Shown: positions 23,910 through 37,734 of the stretch, in pieces
Layout of the letters: each line of letters begins with the position of its first letter
Position numbering within the stretch: position 1 is the first letter of the stretch
Assembly (NCBI RefSeq): GCF_963921235.1
Contig: NC_086097.1
Coordinates: 62,374,001-62,438,000 of the forward strand
Length of the DNA stretch: 64,000 nucleotides
Direction: 5' to 3'
DNA from: Mobula hypostoma
Lineage: Eukaryota
The notes under the pieces: model-generated
The model's database searches: none
Told to the model about the DNA's origin: nothing
The model's input: the letters and a program-made list of their open reading frames with translations, nothing else
Program-made: the position numbers and the translations under genes

Positions 23910-24934
23910 AAATTGCATTAGACAATAGCTTTGTGGGAGAAGCCAGAGAGTGGTAGTAAACGGGCGCCTCTCTGACTGGAGGCCAGCGACTAGTGGAGTG
24001 CCACAGGGATTGGTACTGGGTCTGTCATTGTTTATTATCTCTATCGAGGATCTGGGTGATAATGTGGTTAACTGGATCAGCAAATATGTGAACAACACCA
24101 AGATTGAGGATGTAGTGGACAGCGAAATAGATTATCAAAGCTTGCAGCAAGATCTGCACTATTTGGAAAAATGGGCTGGAAAATGGCAGATGGAACTTAA
24201 TGCAGACAAGTACAAGGTGTTGCACTTTGATAGGACCAACCAGGGTAAGTCTTACACAATGAATGGTAGAGCACTGAGGAGTGCGGTAGAACAAAGGGAT
24301 TTGGGAGTATAGGTTCATAATTCATTGAAAATGGCATTCATAAATCAAAGTATAGAATACAGGAAATTGCTTAAGATATTGGTGAAGCTCAGTTGGAGCA
24401 TTGTGTGCAACTTTGGTCACATACCTACAAGAAAAATGTAAATAAGGTTGAAAGATTACAGAGAAAATTTACAAGGATGTTGCTGGAACTGGAGAACTTG
24501 AGTTACAAATAAAGATTGAATAGGTTAGGACTTTATTCCTTGGAGCGTATAAGATTGAACGGAGATAGAGGCATACAAAATTATGAGAGGTATAGATAGG
24601 GTAAATGCAAGCAGACATTTTCCACTGAGGATGGGTGAGACTACAACTAGTGGTCCTGGGTTAAGGCTGGAAGGTGAAATGTTTAAGGGGAACATGAAGA
24701 GAAACTTCTTCACTCAGAGCGTTACGAGAGTGTGTAATGAGCTGCCAGTGCATGTGGTGCATGCAAGCTCGGCTTCAACATTTAAGAGATGTTTGAATAG
24801 GTACATGGATAGTAGAGCTATGGCCTGGTGCAGGTCGATGGGAGTTATTAGTGCAAATGTTTAGGCATGGACCAGACTGGCCGAAGGTTGTTTCTGTGCT
24901 GTACTTTTCTATGACTCAATGTGATATAGTTGCA

Positions 24935-25228
24935 GAGTTAGACCATATGTCCCATTGAGTCTGTTCCACTATTCCTTTATGCTGATTTATTATCCCCCTC
25001 AGCACCATTCTCCTGCCTTCCCCTTGTAACCTTTGATACCCTTACTAATCAAAATCACATCAACCTCTGCTTTAAATATACCCAATGACTTGTGGCAATG
25101 AATTCCATCCATTCATGACCCGCTGGCTAAAAAAGTTCCTCATCATCTCCGTTCTAAATGGACATCCCTCTATTCTGAGGCTGTACCCTCTGGTCCTAGA
25201 CCCCTCTACTACAGGAAACATCCACTCT
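24935..25228 (-). mobile_element. CR1 3' end fragment
   Basis: Similar to 11560-11890 (reverse complement of SRTRG.SLRIEG.PFRTE and the 3' UTR). Confidence 0.8.
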
Positions 25229-25544
25229 TAAGTTAGAAAGCTACAAGTTCCTATAACACAGAATGAGTAAACAACCAGAGACCAACACAGGTTTGAGGAG
25301 ATCAATGCAATTAGTAAATCAGTTCACATGCAGAATCTGTAATGATTGTGTACCATGATGATAAGTAGCTACCTTGGCTTCTTCAAAGAAGGAAAGCAGA
25401 CTTGTGTTCTTGCTTGTAGTTCATTAAATATGTCAAGTGGTCAAGTGGTAGTTTGATATCAGATGCACACATACATGTGATGGAATCACCCTGAAGCGAG
25501 AGAGTTTCTGCCACTCGAGCCAGCAAAAGTTCCTGTCTTCTACT

Positions 25545-27863
25545 GATATTCCTGTTAGGGAATGAGATAGGGCAGGTGATGGAGTTATGTATTGGGGAGC
25601 ACTTTGGGTCCAGTGGTCACAATTCCATTAGATTCAATATAATTATAGAGAAGGATATGACGGGATCCAGGGTTGAGATTTTTGTTTGGAGAAAGGCTAA
25701 CATTGAGGAGATTCAAAAGGATTTAGAAGGAGTGGATTGGGACAATTTGTTTTATGGATAGGATGTAATAGAGAAATGGAGGTCATTTAAAGGTGAAATT
25801 TTGAGGGTACAGGATCTTTCTGTTCCTGTTAGGTTGAAAGGAAAGGTTAAAAGTTTGAGAGAGCCATGGTTTTCAAGGGATATAGGAAACTTGGTTCGGA
25901 AAAAGAGAGGGATCTACAATAAATGTAGGCAGCTTGGAGTTAATGAGGAGCTTGGGGAATATAAAGAATGTAAAAAAAATCTTAAGAAAGAAATTAGAAA
26001 AACTAAAAGAATGTACGAGGCTGCTTTAGCAAGTAAGGTGAAAATAAATCCAAAGGGTTTCTACAGATATTAATAACAAAAGGATAGTGAGGATAAAATT
26101 GGTCCCTTAGAGAATCAGAGTGGATGGCTATGTGCGGAGCCAAAAGAGATGGGGGAGATTTTGAACAATTTCTTTTCTTTGGGATTCACTAAGGAGAAGG
26201 ATATTGAATTGTGTAAGGTACAGGAAACAAGAAGGGTAGTTATGGAAAGTATGACGATTAAAGAAGAGGAAGTACTGGCACTTTTAAGGAATATAAGTGG
26301 ACAAGATATTCCCTAGGACCTTGAGGGAAGTTAGTGTGGAAATAGCAGGGGCTCTGACAGAAATATTTCAAATGTCATTAGAAACGGGGATGGTGTCAGA
26401 GGATTGGCGTATTGCTCATGTGGTTCCATTGTTTAAAAAGGGTTCTAAGAGTAAACCTAGCAATTATCGGCCTGTGAGTTTGACATCAGTGGTGGGTAAG
26501 TTGATGGAAAGTATTCTTAGAAATGGTATGTATAATTATCTGGATAGACAGGGTCTGATTAGGAACAGTCAACATGGATTTGTGCCTGGAAGGACATGTT
26601 GGACAAATCTTATTGAATTTTTTGGTGAGGTTACTAGGAAAGTTGACGAGGGTAAAGCGGTGGATGTTGTCTATATGGACTTCAGTAAGGCCTTTGACAA
26701 GGTTCCACATGGAAGGTTAGTTAGGAAGGTTCAATCATTAGGCATTAATATTGAAGTAGTAAAATAGATTCAGCAGTGGCTGGATGGGAGACGCCAGAGA
26801 GTAGTGGTGGATAACTGTGTGTCAGATTGGAGGACGGCGCGTAGTGGTGTGCCTCAGGGATCTGTACTGGGTCCAATGTTGTTTGTCATATATATTAATG
26901 ATCTGGATGATGGGGTGGTAAATTGGATTAGTAAGTATGCAGATGATACTAAGATAGGAGGCGTTGTGGATAATGAAGTAGGTTTTCAAAGCTTGCAGAG
27001 AGATTTAGGCGAGTTAGAAGAGTGGGCTGAAAGATGGCAGATGGAGTTTAATGCTGGAAAATGTGAGGTGCTACATTTTGATAGGACTAATCAAAATAGC
27101 ACATACATGGAAAATGGTAGGGCATTGAAGAATGCTGTAGAACAGAGGGATCTAGGAATAATGGTGCATAGTTCCCTGAAGGTGGAAAGTCATGTGGATA
27201 GGGTGGTGAAGAAAGCTTTTGGTATGTTGGCCTTTATTAATCAGAGCATTGAGTATAGGAGTTAGGATGTAATGTTGAAATTGTATAAGGCATTGGTAAA
27301 GCCAAATTTGGAATATTGTATACAGTTCTGGTCACCGAATTGTAGGAAAGATGTCAATAAAATTGAGAGAATACAGAGGAGATTCACTAAAATATTGCCT
27401 GGGTTTCATCTCCTAAGTTACAGAGAATGATTGAACAAGTTAGGTTTTTATTCTTTGGAGCGTAGAAGGTTGAGAAGGGGCTTGATAGAGGTGTTTAAAA
27501 TTATGAGGGGGATTTATAGAGTTGACGTGGATAGACTTTTTCCATTGAGAATGGGGGAGATTCAAACAAGAGGACATGAGTTGAGAGTTAAAGGGCAAAA
27601 GTTTAGGGGTAACATGAGGGGGAACTTCTTTACTCAAGGAGTGGTAGCTGTGTGGAACGAACTTCCAGCAGAAGTGGTTGAAGCAGATTCGATGTTGTCG
27701 TTTAAAGTTAAATTGGATAGATATATGGACAGGAAAGGAATGGAGGGTTATGGGCTGAGTGCAGGTCGGTGGGACTCGGTGAGAGTAAGAGTTCGGCATG
27801 GACTAGAAGGGCCAAGATGGCCTGTTTCCATGCTGTAATTGTTATATGGTTATATGGTTATAT
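25545..27863 (+). mobile_element. CR1 LINE ORF2 (end of endonuclease through RT) pseudogene
   Basis: GEHFGSSGHNSIRF, PSNYRPVSLTS, YMDFSKAFDKVPH and KYADDTK; tail (GTTATATG)n at 27841-27863. Confidence 0.95.
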
Positions 27864-28059
27864 TTCAGCATCCAGAACTTACCAGAGACATAGCAGTATT
27901 CAAGCTCCACTTGAGATTACCTAGTTATCAATGAATCCACAGGTTCTTTGATCTTCAGGAAAGCTGCCTTTGAAAGTAGGGCGAGAACAGAATAGAATAC
28001 ACAGGACTCTTGTTTACTTCATCATCTAAAAATCTGTCCGTCTCTTCTTCAGATACTCA

Positions 28060-28929
28060 GGCAATGTCCACACTAGACCGGATAATTTTGACAATGCTGG
28101 TTTCAGGTAAAAACGACAGGCATCCGCACTAGACGTTTTTAAAAATACCTCTGTCCACATTAAAATGGATATTTGGGCGAATCTCCTCCTACTGGGCATG
28201 CGCAGGACACAGAAAACAAGTGAAGAGCAAACGGTATACATGGTGTGCGTTTGCCCAGTTACAGACTAGAAAAACTTAAAAGGAAATTGCCAAACGAAAG
28301 ACTTGGTGCGCGTTTGTCCAGAAACATTTGCTACAGCCGTAGTCTCTTCACCAATGAAAAGCACGACAGCTACAACTAAATGCAATAAGGCTTGTTACTG
28401 GACAAAAGTGAAATTTGCTGTTACCTCATTTGTTTGCCTTTACTTTTGCCATGGACGTGTATCATTTTGCTGTATTTAACGTGCAATAAAACGAGTTACT
28501 GGGAAAAGTGACAATTGCAGCTATTGAATGTTTGCACAAGCAATACATTAATAAAGCACCTTGTTAAATGTATAAGACATGTCTGCATCAGCGTTATCTT
28601 GTATTTCCATACAATGTTACATAAGGCTGTTACATATCTATTGTCAGATATCGTTGTGGTGTTGGAGGTTGCGTTCAAGAAAACAATGAAATGCCGTGCT
28701 GCTGCCACCATTTGTTCCAGCACGTCATGACAGCGGTTTTAAAAATAGCCGGTTACCCCGTACACACTACACCGGATATTAGGCATTTTCAGATTTATTC
28801 ACTCTGGAGAGCATTTCTGAAAATCTCCCTTTTCAGGGGAGGAAAACACCGTTTCAGAGTGGACAGAGGGTCAAAACGAAGAGAAGAAGCTTCGGTTACG
28901 GATTTATCCGGTCTAGTGTAGACGTAGCC
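28060..28929. mobile_element. Non-autonomous PIF/Harbinger-type DNA transposon (MITE)
   Basis: ~26-bp TIRs GGCAATGTCCACACTAGACCGGATAA and GGCTACGTCTACACTAGACCGGATAA (reverse complement). 3-bp TSD TCA at 28057-28059 and 28930-28932. No transposase. Confidence 0.85.
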
Positions 28930-30164
28930 TCAGTGACTGAGGCACTGTGACCTCTTACATAATGAATTCCAAGGATTTCTGGTCAAATTTCTCACCTAAC
29001 ATTGGGAAAGAGTATCAGTAATGAGATGTTAATTTCTGCACCTGAGATTTAAGGAGAATTCAAGTAAAATAAGTGATGAATTGGCTCCGTTAATTCTGAA
29101 CACAAATGAAGTATACAACAGTGATTAACTTTCCAAGCAGTTTGCTTATGGACAGATAGGATGAGTGAGCAGAATGAGGTTTCTCTGGCAAGTGGTAGAA
29201 GACTTGTTTTCTTGATTTGAAAACTTTGTTAGTGAACCTCACAGTGTTCCTTACTATGCCAATTGAAATTTATTCAAATTGAACTTTGTCTAATTATATG
29301 TATATTTATCCTTGACTGCTCCATTTCCGTTTTTGATATTGATCTCGATATTAAGGTCTTTATTTTCAAAATAGTCACCAATGAAATATAATTTACTTTG
29401 ATTTCTGGAATTTGATATACTTAATCAACAAAATCCACTTTTACACATATCCACTTTGTTTAATATCTTTTGTAACGCCGACAATGAAAGTCATCGTTAT
29501 TACTATAATTTGCTTGCCAATTTATTTCTTTATTTATTTCCTATTACTTGGTGGCCTATATTATGTATCCAGTAGTAAAGTGGATATTCTACTTTTCCTC
29601 TATTGAATTAGAAATTGATTACACTTTTGATAACTTTATTCAATCCTTCATTTCTATTGCCAGTTGACACTCCTGAGCAATAGATTGATATCAAGTCTGC
29701 ATCTTCCAGAATGTTATTTCCTTGTGTTTCTACAAGGAGATTCCAAAGCTAAATGTTATCTTGTTTACAATTTATTTGTTTTATTTTAAATAAATACTCT
29801 GTTCAATCACAGAGTTTGTCCCCCACCAATTCTTTACACAGTATGTCTGAGGACTTGAAAAAACAAATCATTTTTATAAATATAAAGATGCACTTAAAGT
29901 GTTGAAGTCTTTGCCAGCTGGCATTATTTAAAATCACCTACAGTACATTGCCTGAAGCTACTGTGCTCCTTCTAAGGAGAGGTATGAACATTGTGGTTGG
30001 TGCAGCTGATGGCAAGAGTCCAGCTATAGAGTCTGCACTGGGAATTATAGGATGGTGGAAAGTGAGAAAAGGAAGCTGGTGTTTCATTGTTCCCAGATGC
30101 TGCACTGAAATATTTCATGAAGCTACATGTAAGTTATTTTTAATGTGTATAACAACATGTTGAA

Positions 30165-30270
30165 AAATGCAAAATAAAAATGGAAAATTCTGGAAATATT
30201 CAGCAGGTCACATCATATCTGCAGGAACAGAAACAGAGTTAATGCTTCAAGTCAAAGACCCTTCATCAGT
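30165..30270 (-). mobile_element. Penelope terminal-repeat remnant with decayed hammerhead core
   Basis: Minus strand CTGATGAAGGGTCTTTGACTTGAAGC...; similar to 14930-15040. Confidence 0.6.
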
Positions 30271-30879
30271 CCTTCAAGGAAAGACACTGATTTATTAATT
30301 CAGTGTATTATCTTTCTAAGGTTATTTTATGACCCATTTTTACTACTGTTTTTCTAATTCTAGGTGCTTTACTTGAGTTTTGAGCTCTCCATCAGTGTCT
30401 GAGATACTCCCTTATACACTGCATTGTAGAAAAAAGCTGGAGAAAATTGTGATGGAAGGACATAATTATAAAAGAGGAGCAAGGCCGAAATCCTAACAAC
30501 TAGCTTGTCAAAGAAAAATATCACTTATAATCCAAAAGGATAGATATAACAAACCTTTATTTGAAAATAATACATACATTCAGGAGGCTCCACCACTGAG
30601 AATTTCTCTAAAGACTAAATACATTAAGTTTTTAAATCAAAAACAGTGATCATTGATCAGGTATTTGTGTGACTATTTCCTACTAGTGGTCTTTTCACTT
30701 GGTCCATCCAATTCTCCCGCATGGAGGTCTGGGATTGAAGATCGTCATTCATGTCTAATGGTACCAAGCCCTTCATTTCTATGTGCATCATGACCATGTT
30801 AAACAGCCTATCCAGCCATTCACACCAGAGTGTATAGAAAAGAGCAAAATCCTTCCAATGGTGCAAAAGGATCTTGTGC

Positions 30880-30975
30880 TTTCCCTGATGAAGATGGCAG
30901 AGTTTGACATCTAAACATCAGTTATAATCAATACCTGCACCCAGCTGGAAACCCGAGAAGAGTTCATTTGTCCTT
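30880..30975 (+). mobile_element. Terminal remnant of a second Penelope-like family with decayed hammerhead core
   Basis: CTGATGA-A-GATG(GCAGAGTTTGA)CATC-TAAA-CATC followed by ...GGAAACCCGAGAAGAGTTCATT. Confidence 0.5.
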
Positions 30976-32412
30976 ACAAAGGTGCTTAAGTACAAGCTAT
31001 AGAAATCAGATGAAGGAATGTACGTTAGTGTTTATGGTTTTGTTTCTAGCGCCTCTCCTGCTGAGGTTTATATGTGACCATATGTCCTGCATTAAGAAAA
31101 CCCTTCTGTATTTTAGCCTGGTTGGAGATATACCAAGTGGATTTAAAACACAGAATATCAGTGGGCACATGTATGTGAACTTACTGGCCATGGCGAAAAT
31201 ATATTTAGGAGTAAAACCAGTTTGAATTTAAGAATAAACTGCTGTATTGGTTTTAAATAGAATCAAACTAGCAACTTAAATTTCAGGTGCAATCAAATAT
31301 CTGGCATTTTGCCATATCCAGGCCAACCCAAAGCCTCAGCAGAGACCAAGATTTATAACTCCACTGGGCAATTAATATATAAGGATAATAAAACTAAATG
31401 AAAAACATGAATTAAAAATGTAGCATTTGTAGAGAAGATATATAAGTTCATTGCTTCTATCCAAGCTGGGAATTCAATATCAGGCACTATGTCAAGTGAA
31501 TGCCCAGTTATTATAGGGATATTAATGTACTTTCACATATTAGTTGTGACATGTCTTTATTTGCACCAGATGAAGTAAATTAAGTTTAATCATTACAACC
31601 ACCAATACCAATTAAAAACTTCAAACTGTACTTTGTTCCTTTCTCCAACACGTTCATAGTATTTTATTTTCACCCTTAAGTTGCCTTCCATGCACATTTA
31701 AAAAGAACCTGAAAATATTGAAAACACTTAGCAGTGAGGTAACACATGTGATAAAGGGAATAGAGAAAACACGTCAGCAAGTTAACACTGTTTCTCTTGT
31801 AGCCTGTGTAGTGTAAATGTGGTTCAGTGGCAGCAGTTCATCTGAGTCCACAGGCTTGAGTTTCAAGCTCAACTCCTTATAACAAATATATAATTCGCAC
31901 TGACAATTCAGTATGAAATGCGAAAACACTATAGTTGGAGTACCATCTTTCATGGAAGATTTATTGCAAGACCTCTGTTGGCTGAACTATGTTCCGATGT
32001 ATCTGGTAAACACTATGAAAACAAATCAAATCTTATTAAAACAGAAGCTAAATAAAAGGATTACAAGTTTCTTTTTTTTCAAGCCCGAGAAGAGTTTATT
32101 GATTCCAAGTTTGCTTTGAGGAGACTTCACCTTGTCAGAAGACCCATTTATGCATGCAAATGATGTTTCACCATACTTCTGGCAAAGTTATAACAGCAGA
32201 GAAAACAAAGTCTGAGGAACCCCTCAATCATAATATTCATTTAAATAATCCATTGATATATTTATTGTAAATTTGATCAACAAGGCTAAAGATTGAACTT
32301 TCTGTCATTTTCCCTTCTCCCACCCTCCCTTCTGCACACTCTGTTTCCCATCACGCACTCCTCTTCTTCTCCTTCTCCTTATCCTTTTTCCTCACTGTCC
32401 CTTTTCCTATCC

Positions 32413-32825
32413 CTTGTTAGGGATCTGGAGCTGCAGCTTGATGACCTACTGCTTATCAGGGAAAGTGAAGAGGTGATAGACGGGAGCTACAAGGAGGTAG
32501 TCATCCCTAGGCTACAGGGGTCAGAAATCTGGGTCACTGTCAAGAGAGGGAAGGGAAATGCCCGGATAGTGGAGAGCACACCTGTGGCTATCCCCCTCAG
32601 CAACAAATATCTTATTCTGGATGCTGTTGAGGGGGATGACCTGACAGGGAACACCCACGGTGACCGGGTCTCTGGCATTGAGCCTGGCGCTGTTGTGCAG
32701 GAGAGAAGGAGGGAGAAGAGAAATGCGGTAGTCGTAGGGGATTCCATAGTCAGGGGAACAGACAGGAGATTCTGTGAGCCTGACAGAGATACCCGCATGG
32801 TGTGTTGCCTCCCAGGTGCCAGGGC
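32413..32825 (+). mobile_element. CR1 ORF1 fragment (coiled coil and start of esterase domain)
   Basis: VRDLELQLDDL...WVTVKRGK...IPLSNKY...NAVVVGDSIVRGTDRRFCEPDRDTRMVCCLPGAR. Confidence 0.9.
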
Positions 32826-32954
32826 ATATAAGGCATTTGTTCCTCGTACTGAATCAAATAAACACATCATATCTGTGTGCCTTTGACAGCCATGTTGTTT
32901 CTTCCGCAAGAAGATGGTGCCAGAGGTTTTGGTGGAGCTGAGCAACTTAGTTGT

Positions 32955-34480
32955 AGATTCAGAGAAGTACAGCACAGAAAAAGGCCCTTTGCCCATCTAA
33001 TCTATACAGAAACAATTTAAACTGCTTACTCCCATCGACCTGCACTGGGACTATAGCCCTCCATAACCTTACTATGCATGTACCTATCCAAAATGATCTT
33101 AAACATTGAAATAGAACTCACCTGCACCACTTCTGCTGGCAGCTCATTCCGCACCCTCACCACCCACTGAGTAAATAAGTTTCCCCTTATGTTTCCCTTA
33201 AACTTCTCATCTTTCACACTTAAGCCATGACCTCTGGTTATAGTCCCTCACAACCTCAGTGGAAGAAGCCTGCTTCTATTTACTTATACCCCTCATAACT
33301 TTGTATTCCTCTCTCAAATCTCCTCTCAATCTTTTACGTTCCAAGGAAAAAAGTCCTAACCTAGTTAATCTTTCCTTATAACTCAGGTCCTTCAGATCTG
33401 GAACATCTTTGTAAATTTTCTCTGCACTCTTTCAACTTTATTTACATCTTTCCTGTAGGTAAGTGATCAAATCCACACACAATACTCCTGATTAGGCTTC
33501 ACCAATGTCTTAACTAACTTAAATTTAACATCCCATCTTCTGTGTTCAATACATTGATTTATGAAGGCCAATGTGCCAAAAGCTTTCTTTACAATCCTAA
33601 CTACCTGTGATGCCACTTTCAATGAATGATGGACCTATATTCCCAGATTCCTTTATTCTACCGCACTCCTCAGTGCCCTACCCTTCACGACATAAGACCT
33701 ACCCTGGATGTTCCTACCGAAGTGGAAAACCTCGCATTTGTCTGCATTCAATTCCATCTGCCATTTATTAGCATTTTTCCAACTGATGCAGATCCCTCTG
33801 CGAGTAATGATAGCCTTCCTCGCTGTCCACTACACACCCATTCTTGGTGTCATCCACGTATTTGCTGATCCAGTTCACCACATTATCATCCAGATTGTTG
33901 ATATAGATGACAAATAGCAAAGGACCCAGCCCCGATCTCTGTGGCACACCACTAGTCAAAGGCCTCCAGTCAGAAAGGTAACTCCCTATGACCACTGTGG
34001 GCTTTGTGGGCTTCTCCCATAAAGCCAATGTCTAATCCAGTTTACTACCTCACCCTGAATACCAAGCAACTGAACCTTCTTGACCAACCTCCCATGTGGA
34101 ATCTTGCCAAATGCCTTGGTAAAATCCATGTAGATGACTTTCACTGCCTTGCCTTCATCCACTTTCCTGGTATTTTCCTGAAAAACCTCTATAAGATTAA
34201 TTAGACATAACTTACCATGCACAAAGTCATGCTGACTGTCCTTAATCAGTCCATGTCTATCCAAATAGTTATATATTCAGTCCATTTCCCACAAATCATG
34301 TCAGCCTCACCAGTTTATAGTTTTCTGGTTTCTGTTTAGAGCCTTTTTTAAACAGAAGAACAACATTGACTATTCTCCAGTCCTCTGTACCTCTCCTGTC
34401 ACTAAGCATGTTTTGAATATCTCTGAAACTTCTGCACTTGCATTCTGTGGGGTCCAAGGGAACACCTTGTTATGCCATGG
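32955..34480 (-). mobile_element. 5'-truncated CR1 LINE, RT pseudogene
   Basis: YMDFTKAFGKIPHG, GVPQRSGLGPLLF, KYVDDTK and FTQWVVRVRNELP on the minus strand. Confidence 0.92.
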
Positions 34481-34534
34481 GTTCATTTGAAAAGCTGTTT
34501 AAATCTTCTGTACTCATAACTTTTTTTTTCTTTT

Positions 34535-35290
34535 CAAGGAGGCTGGGGTCCAGGTTGGAATTCATGATTTACAGCTGCACTCAAACTACATTCTTCACAG
34601 TCGGTGGGCTCTCACTCTTCAGAACTCGCCGAGTGGACTGAGTTTTGGGATCTCCAGGAGCAACTTGGAAAATGTACGTTTTTAGGGTGCGGCCCTGAAG
34701 ACGAACCGATTCCTCGTCAATGTCGCTGACCAAAGCATCGTGGGCAATCGAAACACCAAGACAGTGGGTGTGGCTGCCAGGAGCTTTTGCACCCGATCAA
34801 TCTCACCTCTCTTTCAACAGTGGGAGAGGGTCTGCTGATTCTCAAGTCAGGGGAACCTGAATAAGCGACACTGCAGACTACATCAGAACAGCAAGCTGGA
34901 GGCCTCCCCTGTCACTGTAGCAGGAGTGATAACTCTTTCTCCCTCGTTAGTGAGAGAGAGGGCCTGTTGAGATGTCGAAGTTTAGGATGGACAGTAGTTT
35001 TTGATGAAAGATAGATCATAGTTTCTGAGGGCTTGCTATTGCTTGCATGGTGGGTGGAGTGGGGGGACCTGATGCTTTTTGCTGAAGCAAGCGGGGGGAG
35101 GCGGAGGGGGAGGGTTGGTGCTTTGCTGGTGCTTGTGCGTGGGGAGTGGAAGGGGTCTTTGAGGTTCTAATGTTTTTCTGTCATTCATTCTTTGTTATTA
35201 TTCTCTCCGTTTCATGGATGTCTGCAAAGAGTAAGGATTTTAGCTTGTATACTGTATAGATTCTCTGACATTAAATTGAACCATTGAATG
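34535..35290 (+). mobile_element. Unclassified non-coding retroposon 3' region
   Basis: GC-rich body ending attaaattgaaccattgaa; its layout resembles 58230-58735. Confidence 0.45.
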
Positions 35291-37001
35291 CACAGCACAG
35301 CCTATCTTAGGGATCAGTCATAAATTGGCTTCATTTCCTACCTTATGGAGCTATTCTATCAGGCACTATTTTCACACATCTAATTATTTTCTCTGATAAA
35401 ATTGTAGCTTTTGTAAATGCACATTTTTTCAGATATCTACTCAGTCGTTCTCGTATTTAAATTTCTAATGCCATTCCCTTTGGCATCATCTGCAAGGGTG
35501 TTTCGAATGTGGGTGTTTTATGTACATGGTCTGCAGCTCCTATATTGATCTTTTACAATATCAGTTCAAGTTATCCCTACTCAGCTGAAGATAACTTGTA
35601 AATTTGGCCTTGGCGAGGTCATGCAATGTTCATGAGCTGTCCTGGACAGTCAAGCAGACTGACAGATGCTGTATGGTCTGTAGTTACAGGGGTCAGATTT
35701 CATTGCGCGGAATCACTTCATTGTTTTGATAATTGGCCAGGTACAGAGACAACTTTGATCGTTCCAGATGCTCCGTTTTCCTTCTACCCAGGCAGCAAGT
35801 CAGCATGCACATGATGGAGATGGCTCCCAGTGTTTTTGTGAGGAAGCTCCAGTGAGATTAAAGGGATTTTTCCTGCAATGCTGTGATCATGTACATGCTG
35901 ACTGGCATTCTTTGTTTCCTGTTTCCTTTCTTCTTATGGTTAGAGTGGGAGGCTCAAGAGGTTGTGTTGAGAAGAGGTGAAGGCCAGTGAGTGTCCTTTT
36001 TTTCTCTTTCTTTGTTTATTAGTCCATAGCTAGTGCTGTGAGAATGAGTCCAGATTTAGAGAGATGTATTTTGTGTGAGATGAAGGAGCTCGGAGTTCTC
36101 CAGTCTCCCTCAAAACTACATCTGCACAATGTGTACCAAGCTGCAGCTCCTTACAGACCAAGTTCAGGAACTGGAGCTGCAGCTCAATACAGGAGGCTGC
36201 AGGAGTATGAGGAAGTGATAGATAGGAGCTACAGGGAGGGAGTCATCCCTAAGTTTCAGGAGGCAGGTAGCTAGGTGACTGTCAGGAAAGACTAAGAGAA
36301 TAGGAAAGCAGTCCAGAGTACCCCTGTAACCATTTCCCGCAATAATAAATTTACCACTTTGGATACTGTTGAGGGGGGGGGGGGGGTTGACCTACTGGGT
36401 CTCTGACACTGAGTGTTTATTCTGTGCCTTAGAAGGTAACAGGGGAGAAGATAGGGGATTCCATAGTTAAAGGAGCAGGCAGGAGATTCTGTGGACATGA
36501 AGGAGACACCAGGATTGTATTTATAATGCTATGGATCTGTTCTGAGACATTCCTGCTTATCAGTACTGATAACATAGACAGGCAAAAGGGCTGAGATCCT
36601 GACAAGAGAACATAGGGGGTCAGGGAGAAAGCTGAAAAGCAGGGTAGGAATGACTGGATTGCTGCCTAAGCCATGCGCCAGTGAGGGTATGAATAGGATG
36701 ATCTAGCAGATGACTTGGGACAGGGAGCAGCATTTCAGATTTCTGGATCATTAGGATATCTTCTGGGAAAAGGACAGTTTACAGCTGAACTCAAGGGGCA
36801 CCAATATCCTTGTGAGCAGGTTTACCAGAGCTGTTGGGGAGAGCTCAAACTAATTTGGCAGGAGAATGGGAACTAGAGTGATGGTGCTGAGGGTGGGGCA
36901 GTTGGTATACAACTAGATGCAGTGTGTAGTGAGACTGAGGAACAACAGGCAGATTACAGGGAAAAAATAGCAGTAAGTGGGATGAGTTGAAGTGTAACAT
37001 T

Positions 37002-37725
37002 CAAAGTTCAAAGTAAAATTATTATCAATGTACATATATGTCACTAAATACTACAATGATACTCATTTTGTTGTGAACATTCACAGTCAGTACAAGAAAC
37101 ACAATAGGATCAATGAAGGACCACACTCAGCAAAGATAAAACAAACTGTGGAAATACAAAAAGAAAGAAAAAAGAAATAATATTAGCAATAATAATAATA
37201 ATAATAATAAATAAAAAATAAATATTGAGAACATGAGAAGAAGAATCCTTGAAAGTGAGTCATGCATTTTGGGAACAGTTCGGTGATGGGGTGAGTGAAA
37301 TTAAGTGAAGTTATCCCCTTTGGTTCAAGAGCCTGATAATTGAGGGGTAATAACTGTTCTTGAATCTTGTGGTATGTGTCCTGAGACTCCTGCATCTCCT
37401 TCCTAATGGCAGCAGTAAGAATAGAGAATGATCTGGATGGTAGGGTCCCTGATGAGGGATTCTGCTTTCCTGCAACAGTGTTTCATGTACAGTAGATGTG
37501 CTCAATGGTGGGTAGGGTTTTATCTGTGATGAACTGGGCTGCATCCAGTACATTTTGCTGACTTCTCCATTCAAGGCCATTGGTGTTTCCATCCCAGGCT
37601 GTGATGCAGCCAGTCAATATACTATCCATCGCACATCTGTAGAAATTTTTCAAAGATTTAGATGTCGTGCTGAATCTCTGCACACTTCTGAGAGGTTCAG
37701 TCGAGGTACTGCCATGCTTTCTTCT
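37002..37725 (-). mobile_element. Rex1/Babar-type LINE 3' fragment
   Basis: KNFYRCAMDSILTGCITAW..., LLPLGRRCRSLRTHTTRFKNSYYPSIIRLLN; short-repeat tail at 37002-37015. Confidence 0.85.
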
Positions 37726-37734
37726 AATTTCTAA

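Larger units (their letters stand above)
18085..24920 (+). mobile_element. Old CR1 ORF2 (endonuclease to 3' tail), split by the Gypsy at 18498-22837 and the Penelope-derived insert at 23745-23909
   Basis: Endonuclease SDH motif near 18256; sequence resumes after the LTR with PWFSRDIEALVK; GVPQGLVLG near 23995; tail ttttctatgact near 24905. Confidence 0.88.

Noticed and set aside
31815..32020. Possible ancient Deu-type SINE
   Set aside because: Too decayed to support by eye.
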